Virus record (IMG/VR): IMGVR_UViG_3300029489_000008 | Span: 1-39,099 of that record | Reading direction: 5' to 3' (one strand) | DNA: 39,099 nt | From: a virus | In this document: piece after piece, positions 5,476 through 13,815 of the stretch | Layout of the letters: each line of letters opens with the position of its first letter | Position numbering within the stretch: position 1 is the first letter of the stretch | Program-made: the position numbers and the translations under genes | The notes under the pieces: generated by a model | Told to the model about the DNA's origin: nothing | Databases searched by the model: none | What the model saw: the letters and a program-made list of their open reading frames with translations, nothing else

Positions 5476-7761
5476 GTGCGGGCGCAAACGACGCGCCTGC
5501 GCGAAACGCCGGAGACTGTGCCAGGCAGCAGCGACATTGGGAACGCCGCCATTGCCTTCTCAGATCCTCCTAACTGGGCCCGGAGCCGCCGGGCCTGGCA
5601 GAGTCTCCGGCATGTGGGAGGTGAGCACTTGGCCAGAGAGGACATGATCCGAAAGGACATGGAACTGGTCGGAACCTACAACGAGATATTCGAGCCGACG
5701 ATCAAGCAGCTGGCCAAGACGGAACGCGAACTCTCCCGCGCAGAGAAAGAGTGGAAGAAGCAGGGCGGACAACGGATCTGCACCATGATCAACAAGACCG
5801 GTGCAGAGTACACGGCCAAAAGCCCATACTGGACGGCGGTCGAAGATCTGCGCGCGACGGTGCAGTCGCTCCGCAATCAGCTCGGCCTGACACCGACGGG
5901 CCTGAATAAGGCCAGGTCGAAGCTCCAGCCGGCCGCGGCCGGAAACAGCAAGATCGAGCAGCTGCTCGCGGCGGCACACGACCACGCCGTTCAGCAGGGC
6001 GCACAGTATCAGCGCGACGTCGACGCCTTTGTCGAGTCGGTGCTCTCTGGGGAGTCCGGGCTGTGCGAAGACGTTGTCCTGTCCTGCAAACGGTATGTCG
6101 CGGATCTTGGTTCCGGCAAGTGGGATTTCCGCGCGGATCCGGCCAACGACATCATCGCAATCATCGAGCAGATGTTCTGCCACCAGCAAGGCGAATTCCT
6201 CGATGCAACGCCGCTGCGCGGTACTCCCTTCCTTCTTCTCCCCTATCACAAGTTTATTGTCTACAACCTGATGGGTTTTTATCTGCCGGATACAAAGATC
6301 CGGCGCTTCAAGGAAGCTGTGGACTTTATCCCCCGCAAAAACGTCAAGACTACCTTCGCGGCCTCTCTGGCCGGAGCTCTAGCCATGTATGAGCGTGCCT
6401 CCGGCTCTAAAGTCTATGAGGTTGGAGGCGCTTTGAAACAGGCGCTTGAAGGTTTTGACTTTCTCAAATACAACTTCAACCGCCTCGGCGTAACAGTCCG
6501 AGACGATCCAAACCAGGGGCTGCGCATCATCGACAACAACATGGAGCGGTCTATTTCCGGAGACATCGGCGACGGCATGATCTCGATCAACGCCCTTGCC
6601 GCGAACCCTGACAAGCAGGATTCCTTTAACTGCAACATCGTCATCGCTGACGAGGCCCACACCTACAAAAGCCCGCAGCAATATCAGATCCTGAAGGACG
6701 CAACCAAGGCGTACACCAACAAATTGGTCATCATCATCTCCTCCAACGGCCCCAATGCCCGCGGCTTTTTGCTCGGCCACTTGGACTATTGCCGGAAGAT
6801 CCTGCGTGGGACCGTTACAGGTAACGCAGCGGACAGCATCTTCTGCTTCCTCTGCTCCGCGCCGACGATGGAAAACGGCGACGTTGACCTGCATGATCCA
6901 GCTGTGCTGAAAGCAGCCTCGCCTGGCTGGGGCTACTCCATCCGTCCGCAGGACATGATCAACGACGCGGCTATGGCCGCTGAAAACCCGGCGCTCCGGC
7001 CGGAGTTTCTCAATAAGTCACTGAACGTCACAACGAACGCGATCAAGGCATGGTTTGACATTCAAGAGTTCCGCAAGAGCGACGAACGATACAGTTGGAG
7101 CTATCGGCAGCTTGCGAAGCTGCCCATCCGCTGGTATGGCGGCACGGACCTCTCGAAACTGCATGACCTGACTGCCGGATGTCTCTTCGGCCACTACAAA
7201 GGCGTAGACATCATCATTCCGCACGCATGGTTCCCGCGGCCGGCCGCCATCGTCAAGGCGCAGCAGGACCAAATCCCGCTGTTCGGCTGGCAGGAGGACG
7301 GCTGGCTGGACATGACCAACGACAAGGTCACAAATCACCACGATGTGGTGCAATGGTACAAAAAACTGCGCGCCGATGGGTTTAAGATACGCCGCATCGG
7401 ACACGACCGAAAATTCTGCCGCGAATACTTCGTCGAGATGCAGAAGGAACGCTTCCCCATCAAGGATCAGCCGCAGCTGTTCACACGGAAATCCGAAGGT
7501 TTCCGCTACCTGGAGGCCAGCGCCAAGAAAGGAACGCTCTACTACATGCACGCCGAACCCTATGAGTACTGCGTGCAGAATGTCGCCGGCATCGAGAAAG
7601 CCGACGACATGGTCATGTATCAAAAAATCGAGCCAAACCTACGCATCGACCTTTTTGATGCCTCGGTGTTTGCGGTTTGCGCTTATCTCGAAGATCTGAC
7701 CGCCAGCAATAAGGCGGCAGGCTGGTATGACAAGAAAGACAAGGACGGTGATGCAGATTGA
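5476..7761 (+). CDS. Terminase with a P27-type small-subunit-like region (aa 1 to about 167) in frame with a Terminase_1-type large subunit
   Basis: The N-terminal part has PPNW..AW..L and NQLGLTPTGLNKARSKL. From about aa 175 the sequence reads YQRDVDAFVESVLSGE...CKRYVADL...FRADPAN...IPRKNVKTT (Walker A-like). No stop codon and no ATG lie between the two parts. Confidence 0.8.
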   Translation: MRAQTTRLRETPETVPGSSDIGNAAIAFSDPPNWARSRRAWQSLRHVGGEHLAREDMIRKDMELVGTYNEIFEPTIKQLAKTERELSRAEKEWKKQGGQRICTMINKTGAEYTAKSPYWTAVEDLRATVQSLRNQLGLTPTGLNKARSKLQPAAAGNSKIEQLLAAAHDHAVQQGAQYQRDVDAFVESVLSGESGLCEDVVLSCKRYVADLGSGKWDFRADPANDIIAIIEQMFCHQQGEFLDATPLRGTPFLLLPYHKFIVYNLMGFYLPDTKIRRFKEAVDFIPRKNVKTTFAASLAGALAMYERASGSKVYEVGGALKQALEGFDFLKYNFNRLGVTVRDDPNQGLRIIDNNMERSISGDIGDGMISINALAANPDKQDSFNCNIVIADEAHTYKSPQQYQILKDATKAYTNKLVIIISSNGPNARGFLLGHLDYCRKILRGTVTGNAADSIFCFLCSAPTMENGDVDLHDPAVLKAASPGWGYSIRPQDMINDAAMAAENPALRPEFLNKSLNVTTNAIKAWFDIQEFRKSDERYSWSYRQLAKLPIRWYGGTDLSKLHDLTAGCLFGHYKGVDIIIPHAWFPRPAAIVKAQQDQIPLFGWQEDGWLDMTNDKVTNHHDVVQWYKKLRADGFKIRRIGHDRKFCREYFVEMQKERFPIKDQPQLFTRKSEGFRYLEASAKKGTLYYMHAEPYEYCVQNVAGIEKADDMVMYQKIEPNLRIDLFDASVFAVCAYLEDLTASNKAAGWYDKKDKDGDAD

Positions 7762-8939
7762 GAGTGAAGCCGCAGCGCAGAGGGACGGACCCGGCGCTGC
7801 AAAAATGGATGATCGGCGCAATCGACGCTGATACGTTGGCCGTTCCCGGTTATACCCGGTTAATTGACAGCCCGGATGTGCTTGCCGCCATCGGCGGCCT
7901 CGCTGATATCATCTCGAACGCTACGATACAGCTCATGCGGAACACCGATGACGGCGACGTCCGCGTTCGCAATCAGCTGGCGCGCTTCATGGACATTTCC
8001 CCGTGGCGGCACGGGACGCGCAAGGATCTGATCTCCTGGATCGTCTGGACGATGCTGACGACCTCGACCGGAAGTGCCTTCCTCCTGCCGCACACGGAGC
8101 GTGGCCTCCTGAGCGAGCTGGAGCCGATGCCAGGCGCGTATGCGCTGAGCGACGATAACGGCCTGACCTACTATGTCATGTGGCAGGGACGGCGCTATGC
8201 GGCCGACAGCGTACTCCATTTCAAACGCTGGCCCGACCCGGCACAGCCCTGGCAGGGAATCGGCCTGCGGATCAGTCTCCGGGATGTGACCGCGAATCTC
8301 CGGCAGGCGGCCGCCACGAAAAAGGGCTTTATGTCCGACAAGTGGAAGCCGAGCGTGATCGTCAAGGTGGATGCGCTGGCCGATGAATTTGCCGATGAGG
8401 CGGGACGCAAGCGGCTGGTCGATCAGTATATGTCCGGCAGCTCCGCAGGCGAGCCGTGGGTGATCCCGGCAGAGCTGATGGAGGTGCAGCAGGTCAAGCC
8501 CCTGAGCTTGACGGATCTCGCCATCAAGGACAGCGTGGAACTGGACAAACGCGAGGTTGCTTCCTTGGTCGGTGTGACGCCGTACATGGTCGGCGTCGGC
8601 AGTTATTCCGATGCGGAGCACAACCACATGATCCGCACCACGGCGGTCACAATCTCCAACATCATCTGCCAGGAGCTGACGCGGAAGCTGCTGATCTCCG
8701 AGGAGATGTATTTCCAGATGTCAACACGCCGGCTTTACAGCTACACGCTGCAGGAGCTGGCCAGCGTGGCCGACGATCAGTACATCCGCGGCCTGATGGA
8801 CGGCAACGAGGCCCGCGATTGGCTCGGCCTCAGCCCGCGCAAGGGCCTGAACGAGCTGGTCATCCTCGAAAACTACATCCCTCGCGGTATGATCGGCAAC
8901 CAGAAAAAACTAGAAGGAGGCGACGGCAATGCCGAATGA
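7758..8939 (+). CDS. Portal protein (HK97 family)
   Basis: Size and position directly after terminase; N-terminal SPDVLAAIGGLADIISNA. The start is uncertain (TTG 7758 or ATG 7809). Confidence 0.85.
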   Translation: MRVKPQRRGTDPALQKWMIGAIDADTLAVPGYTRLIDSPDVLAAIGGLADIISNATIQLMRNTDDGDVRVRNQLARFMDISPWRHGTRKDLISWIVWTMLTTSTGSAFLLPHTERGLLSELEPMPGAYALSDDNGLTYYVMWQGRRYAADSVLHFKRWPDPAQPWQGIGLRISLRDVTANLRQAAATKKGFMSDKWKPSVIVKVDALADEFADEAGRKRLVDQYMSGSSAGEPWVIPAELMEVQQVKPLSLTDLAIKDSVELDKREVASLVGVTPYMVGVGSYSDAEHNHMIRTTAVTISNIICQELTRKLLISEEMYFQMSTRRLYSYTLQELASVADDQYIRGLMDGNEARDWLGLSPRKGLNELVILENYIPRGMIGNQKKLEGGDGNAE

Positions 8940-9513
8940 ACGCCAGCAGCGGCAGGTGCGCTGCGTAGCCCAGCAGTTCCAGACGCGCTCGGCCAACGAT
9001 GATTTGTTCATCGAAGGTTATTTCTCCGTCTTCAACAGCGAATACCCGCTTTGGGAAGGCGCGAGCGAGATCGTAAAGCCGGGTGCTTTTACCAATTCCG
9101 TCTCCGGAGATGTCCGGGCGCTCATCAACCACGATTCCAGTCTTGTGCTCGGCCGGACGAAGGCCGGAACGCTGACGCTGCGGCAGGATGAGCGGGGCCT
9201 CTGGGGCAGCATCAGAATCAATCGGGACGACGTTGACGCCATGAACCTCTACGCCCGCGTCCAGCGGGGTGACGTTGACCAGTGCTCGTTTGGATTTGAC
9301 ATCAAACGCGAAACCTTTGTGGATCTCGGCGACGGAAAATGCCGCTGGGAAATCGAAGAGGTCGATCCTCTCTACGAGGTGTCTGTCTGTACGTTTCCGG
9401 CCTACACGGAAACGTCCGTCAGCGCCCGCAAGCAGGATCTGGCCGAAATTGAAAAACGCCGCGCCGAGGCCTGGCGCAGCAACATGAAAAAGAAACTGGG
9501 AGGTACACAGTAA
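8929..9513 (+). CDS. Prohead maturation protease (HK97 family)
   Basis: GAAGGAGG RBS upstream. Motifs FIEGYFSVFN, LINHDSSLVLGRT and QCSFGF. Confidence 0.85.
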   Translation: MPNERQQRQVRCVAQQFQTRSANDDLFIEGYFSVFNSEYPLWEGASEIVKPGAFTNSVSGDVRALINHDSSLVLGRTKAGTLTLRQDERGLWGSIRINRDDVDAMNLYARVQRGDVDQCSFGFDIKRETFVDLGDGKCRWEIEEVDPLYEVSVCTFPAYTETSVSARKQDLAEIEKRRAEAWRSNMKKKLGGTQ

Positions 9514-11202
9514 ATGGCATTAAAAGTTTTGCTGCTGCGGAGCCGTCTTGCACCGCTGCAGACTGAGCTTCAGACGCTCGAAACCACGCGAGACGGCTTT
9601 GCGGCCCGCGAAGCGGAACTGGAACATGACATCGCCGAGGCGCAGACCGATGAGGAGCGCAGCGTCGTTGAGGCCGCTGTGAATGCTTTTGAGCAGGAGC
9701 GCAGCGCGAACGCCGCGGACATCACCCGTGTGCAGGAACGGATCAACGAGATCAACGAAGAAATCCGCAGTCTGGAAGAAGCGCAGACGCCGCCCGCATC
9801 TGATCCCCCGGCGGCAGAGCCGACCGGAACCACCAACACCGAAAGGAGTAATCATTCCATGCCTATCAACAACCCGGAGCGCCGCTGGTTCGGCCTCACC
9901 TATCAGGAGCGCGACGCGCTGCTGGCGCAGCCCGCCGTCAAAGAATTCCTGCAGCGCGTCCGCGAGGCGCGCAGTCAGCAGCGCAGCGTAAACGGCGGCG
10001 AACTTGGCATCCCTGATGGTTTCCTGCCGATCCTGCGCGATCTGACCTATCAGGAATCCAAGTTCCTGCGCTACTGCTTTACCACGAGCTTCCGCGGCAC
10101 CACGCGCCAGAACGTTGCCGGTGTTGCACCGGAGGCCATCTGGACCGAAATGACCGACGCGCTCAACGAGCTCGACATTGACTTCTGGCAGCTGACGATG
10201 GACGGCTACATGGTCGGCGGCTATATGGCTGTCCCGAACTCCCTGCTGATGGATGACAGTGACCTGCAGCTTGCATCGACTATCCTTCAGGCACTCGCAT
10301 CCTCGCTCGCAAAAGCGATCGATAAGTCCATCTGGTTCGGCACCGGCGAAAAGATGCCCGTTGGCATCCTGACCCGTCTGGCCGCAACCGCGAAGCCCGC
10401 ATGGTGGGGCGCGCAGCAAGGCGATTTTACCGACTTGCATACCAGCCACATTCTGAAGCTCGACCTCTCCGCCAAGACCGGCGTCGAGTTCTTCCAGCCG
10501 CTGGTCTTGGCGCTGGCTTTGGCCAAGCCGGACTACTCCAACGGAACGGTCGTCTGGACAATGAACCGCAAAACCCATCTTGATCTGATGTCCCGTGCGC
10601 TGGCCTACAACTCCGCTGCGGCCATGGTTGCAGGAGTCAACAACACCATGCCTGTCGTCGGTGGTGAGATTGTTGAATGGGAAGTCATGCCGGACAACGA
10701 GATCGCAGGCGGCTTTATGAGCCTTTATCGCTCGGTCGAGCGCGAGGGCACGCTGATCGAATCCAATACAAATGTGCGGTGGCTTCAGAACCAGACCTGT
10801 TTTAAGGGTCTCCAGCGCCGCGACGGCAAGCCTGCCATCGGCGAAGCGTTTGTGGTTGTAAACTACGGTAACGCAACCCCGGCCACGACTACGACTTTTG
10901 GCAAGGACCTTGCCAACACTGCGATCGGCACTCTGATCGTGACGACGGCGGCCGGTAGCGGCGCGTCCGGCGACAGCACCGTGACGGTGGCTGGCAACGG
11001 CTCCGGCACGCTGAAGTATCAGGTCGGCGGTCAGGCCGTGCCTGTAGCGAACGGCGAGACCGTCGATAATAGCTGGACAGAGCTGCCCGCAAATAAGACC
11101 ATCAAGAGCGCCACGACCGGCGCGACCGTCACCGTCGTTGAGGTCAACGCGGACGGCAAGGCCGTGGCCGTTGGCTCCGGCAGCGTGACCGCCAAGGCGT
11201 AA
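9514..11202 (+). CDS. Major capsid protein (HK97 fold) with an N-terminal coiled-coil delta region and a C-terminal Ig-like extension
   Basis: Follows the protease. The N-terminus is coiled-coil, and the Thr/Gly/Val-rich tail of about 100 aa is TLIVTTAAGSGASGDSTVTV...VVEVNADGKAV. Confidence 0.85.
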   Translation: MALKVLLLRSRLAPLQTELQTLETTRDGFAAREAELEHDIAEAQTDEERSVVEAAVNAFEQERSANAADITRVQERINEINEEIRSLEEAQTPPASDPPAAEPTGTTNTERSNHSMPINNPERRWFGLTYQERDALLAQPAVKEFLQRVREARSQQRSVNGGELGIPDGFLPILRDLTYQESKFLRYCFTTSFRGTTRQNVAGVAPEAIWTEMTDALNELDIDFWQLTMDGYMVGGYMAVPNSLLMDDSDLQLASTILQALASSLAKAIDKSIWFGTGEKMPVGILTRLAATAKPAWWGAQQGDFTDLHTSHILKLDLSAKTGVEFFQPLVLALALAKPDYSNGTVVWTMNRKTHLDLMSRALAYNSAAAMVAGVNNTMPVVGGEIVEWEVMPDNEIAGGFMSLYRSVEREGTLIESNTNVRWLQNQTCFKGLQRRDGKPAIGEAFVVVNYGNATPATTTTFGKDLANTAIGTLIVTTAAGSGASGDSTVTVAGNGSGTLKYQVGGQAVPVANGETVDNSWTELPANKTIKSATTGATVTVVEVNADGKAVAVGSGSVTAKA

Positions 11203-11218
11203 GAGAGGGGGCTGTGGA

Positions 11219-11509
11219 ATGTCAGCAGACCTGCGTCTGACTTACATGAAGGTTGATCTTGGCATTTTGTCGTGCGCTGATCAACAGGATCTTTATATGC
11301 GCGGTCTGCTGACCACAGCCGAATCCTTTGTCCGCCGGCGCGGCATCACGCTGGCGGATGACAGCGACGAGGATGACATGCTGGTCGGCTCCGTGGCCGC
11401 GTGGATGTATCGTGCCCGCGGCAACACCGAGCGGGCGGCACTCCCCCGGAATCTTGACATCATGATCAAGGATCGGCTGTGCCACGAGAAAATGAGGGAC
11501 GGCGGATGA
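11219..11509 (+). CDS. Head-tail connector (gp6-like)
   Basis: Position and size fit; purine-rich RBS upstream. Confidence 0.65.
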   Translation: MSADLRLTYMKVDLGILSCADQQDLYMRGLLTTAESFVRRRGITLADDSDEDDMLVGSVAAWMYRARGNTERAALPRNLDIMIKDRLCHEKMRDGG

Positions 11510-11847
11510 TCTACGACAAGATTTTGACGATCTACACGCTCCTCCCTGGTCGGTCTCCTGCCGTGCGCAAGCTCAAGGCCGTCAGCCAGCACTTTTACTG
11601 CGAGCGCACGGTGTACGCCTCCCGGTTTTACGCCGGGAAGCAGGCCGGGCAGAAGCTCGTGCGCATGGTGTCCATGCCGCGCAGCGTATTCGACGCGCCG
11701 ATCGAGGCTGACCAATACTGCACACTGGAGGACGGCCACGTCTATCGCATTGACCAGGCGCAGCGCGAACAGGACGCCGACGGCCTAGACATCAACACGT
11801 TAAGCCTTGCGGAACCGGAGGGGAAATATGAGCTATTCCAAAATTGA
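11506..11847 (+). CDS. Head closure / head-tail adaptor protein
   Basis: ATGA overlap at 11506. Position and size are typical for this role. Confidence 0.65.
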   Translation: MIYDKILTIYTLLPGRSPAVRKLKAVSQHFYCERTVYASRFYAGKQAGQKLVRMVSMPRSVFDAPIEADQYCTLEDGHVYRIDQAQREQDADGLDINTLSLAEPEGKYELFQN

Positions 11848-12163
11848 AAACGCGCTCAAGACCGTCCTGCCGGATGCGATCTACAAGGTACAGGCCCCAG
11901 AGACAACGGACGATGGTGCGCAGCTGCTCCGCTATCTGGTCTGGACGCCGACCGGCGAGCGCTACGCCTACGCCAACGGCCGCCCCTTCGCCACGATCTA
12001 TCAGGCCGTCGTGACCGTGGCAACGCAAACCGAAGATGATACGCTCCCCGCCGAAGTCTCAAAGGCTTTGGCGGATGCGCATATCGCGATGCAGATGCCG
12101 GAGCACTCCTACGACGTCGAGACAGCCACCTACTACACGGACATTCCATGTGAGGTGATCTGA
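11828..12163 (+). CDS. Neck-module hypothetical protein
   Basis: ATG 11828 follows GGAGGGGAAAT. The role is assigned from position only. Confidence 0.6.
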   Translation: MSYSKIENALKTVLPDAIYKVQAPETTDDGAQLLRYLVWTPTGERYAYANGRPFATIYQAVVTVATQTEDDTLPAEVSKALADAHIAMQMPEHSYDVETATYYTDIPCEVI

Positions 12164-12603
12164 TGGCGCAGATGGAGACCGACGGCATCGAAGAGGCCAT
12201 CCGGCAGCTGAATAAGGCCGATCTGTTTACCGACGAGAACGTGAAGCGGATGCTGACAGCCGGTTCCGAGGTCATGCTGACCTCTGTAAAATCCGCCTTC
12301 GTGGAGTCCGGACATAACAACCCCGGCCGACAGCGGCGTACTGGCGAGACGCTGCGGCATATCACAAAGGCTCGTGTCGTCCGGAAGGACAAAAACGGCG
12401 TCCCGTATATGTTCGTTACGATCCACGGGAAGGACAGCCGCGGGCAGCGGTACGGCACGAAAGGCTTTGTGCTGAACTACGGCCGGCGAACCGGCGGCAA
12501 GATTCCGGCAGACTATTACTGGTCGACCGCGGTACACAACACCTGGCAGCAGGCCAACGACAAGATGTCCGACGTCGCTGCCGACATTCTGAAAGGAGAA
12601 TGA
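12163..12603 (+). CDS. HK97 gp10-like tail-completion protein
   Basis: TGATG overlap with the upstream gene. The N-terminal LNKADLF...AGSEVMLTSVKSAF pattern matches the family. Confidence 0.7.
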   Translation: MAQMETDGIEEAIRQLNKADLFTDENVKRMLTAGSEVMLTSVKSAFVESGHNNPGRQRRTGETLRHITKARVVRKDKNGVPYMFVTIHGKDSRGQRYGTKGFVLNYGRRTGGKIPADYYWSTAVHNTWQQANDKMSDVAADILKGE

Positions 12604-12604
12604 C

Positions 12605-13216
12605 ATGCCTGAATTTGATCTTCGCGGCATGAAGGTCGCGAAATACAATTACGACAAAACGCAGAAGAAAATCAGTTATGACACGCCGATGTCCATGGGC
12701 GACGCAATGACGGCCAACCTCGAACTCAAGTTCGCGGAGGGGCGTCTCTATGCCGAGTCCGCGCTGGCCGAGTACATGAAGAAGGTCACGGGCCTGACGG
12801 TCAGCCAGGGCGTGAAGTACATCCCGGACGAGACGCAGAAGCTGCTTTTCAAAGCGTATGAGCTGAGCCGTTCGGTCGGTTCCGGCTCGCCCAAGACCGT
12901 GAAGAGCATGGCCTACGGCAAGACCTCGACCGGTCAGTACGTCGGCAGCGGATTCTATGCGCCGGATATGATCGACGGCGTGGAGAAGTTCACGGCCATC
13001 TTCGTCCACAAGACGCTGTTCGGCCCGCCCAGCAAGACGCTCCAGACCATGGGCGAGCAGATCAACTTCCAGACGCCGACGACCTCCGGCGAAGCCCTAG
13101 TCGATGACGCAGGCCACTTGATGGAGTGGAAATCGTTTGACACCGAGGCCGAAGCCATCGCCTGGCTCGACGCCTGCTTCACGACGGATCCGACTGTCGT
13201 CACCGAGGGAGGCTAA
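12605..13216 (+). CDS. Major tail protein (phi13-like)
   Basis: About 200 aa, sitting before the chaperone pair and the tape measure. It contains the LYAESALAEY motif. Confidence 0.8.
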   Translation: MPEFDLRGMKVAKYNYDKTQKKISYDTPMSMGDAMTANLELKFAEGRLYAESALAEYMKKVTGLTVSQGVKYIPDETQKLLFKAYELSRSVGSGSPKTVKSMAYGKTSTGQYVGSGFYAPDMIDGVEKFTAIFVHKTLFGPPSKTLQTMGEQINFQTPTTSGEALVDDAGHLMEWKSFDTEAEAIAWLDACFTTDPTVVTEGG

Positions 13217-13219
13217 GCC

Positions 13220-13597
13220 ATGGATCTCCGTTTGAAAACGCTGCCGTTTGAATACGGCGGCCAAAAGCTCCAGCTCTGCTGCAATTTCAACGTGCTGGCA
13301 GATCTTCAGGCGGCCGGCGAACTGGATGAGATGCTTGATGAGAAGCGTTCCTTCCGGAATTTCACGCGGCTGCTCGCGGCGCTGGTCAACGAGGCCGCAA
13401 ACGCTGCCGGGCTGGATCTCTCCGTCACGGATCGCGAGATCGGCCGCGCGGTGAGCTGGAAGGAGTTCCGCCGCATCCAGGGCGATGTGTTCGGTCTGCT
13501 GTTCGCAGCGGTCATGGCTCCGGACGATGACGAGGCGGAGTCGACCGAAGAAGAAACAAAAAACGTGGAGACCAAGGAAGCGGCAGCGACGGCCTGA
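13220..13597 (+). CDS. Tail assembly chaperone (gpG analogue)
   Basis: Sits between major tail and tape measure, has an acidic C-terminus, and carries a slippery heptamer near its end. Confidence 0.8.
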   Translation: MDLRLKTLPFEYGGQKLQLCCNFNVLADLQAAGELDEMLDEKRSFRNFTRLLAALVNEAANAAGLDLSVTDREIGRAVSWKEFRRIQGDVFGLLFAAVMAPDDDEAESTEEETKNVETKEAAATA

Positions 13598-13815
13598 ACT
13601 TCGCTTGGTATCTGAATATCTGGATCAATGTCCTTCATAACGACGAGGCCGTTTTCTGGCGGACAATGACGCCGGCGCGGTGCGTAGCGCTTTACCGTGA
13701 GTTTTTCAAGCTCATGGGCGCACCGGGCCGGCGTGTCGTTTCTGAGTCTCCTGCGGAGACGGAGAAGCCCGCCCGCTTGTCGTTGTCGGCATATCTGATG
13801 GGAGGTGGCGGTTGA
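13220..13815 (+). CDS. Frameshifted tail assembly chaperone (gpGT analogue), -1 slip at A_AAA_AAC 13558..13564
   Basis: In the G frame the codons read aca aaa aac. The -1 frame continues KKRGDQGSGSDGLNFAWYLN...VFWRTMTPARCVALYREF and stops at TGA 13813..13815, overlapping the tape measure ATG. Confidence 0.75.
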
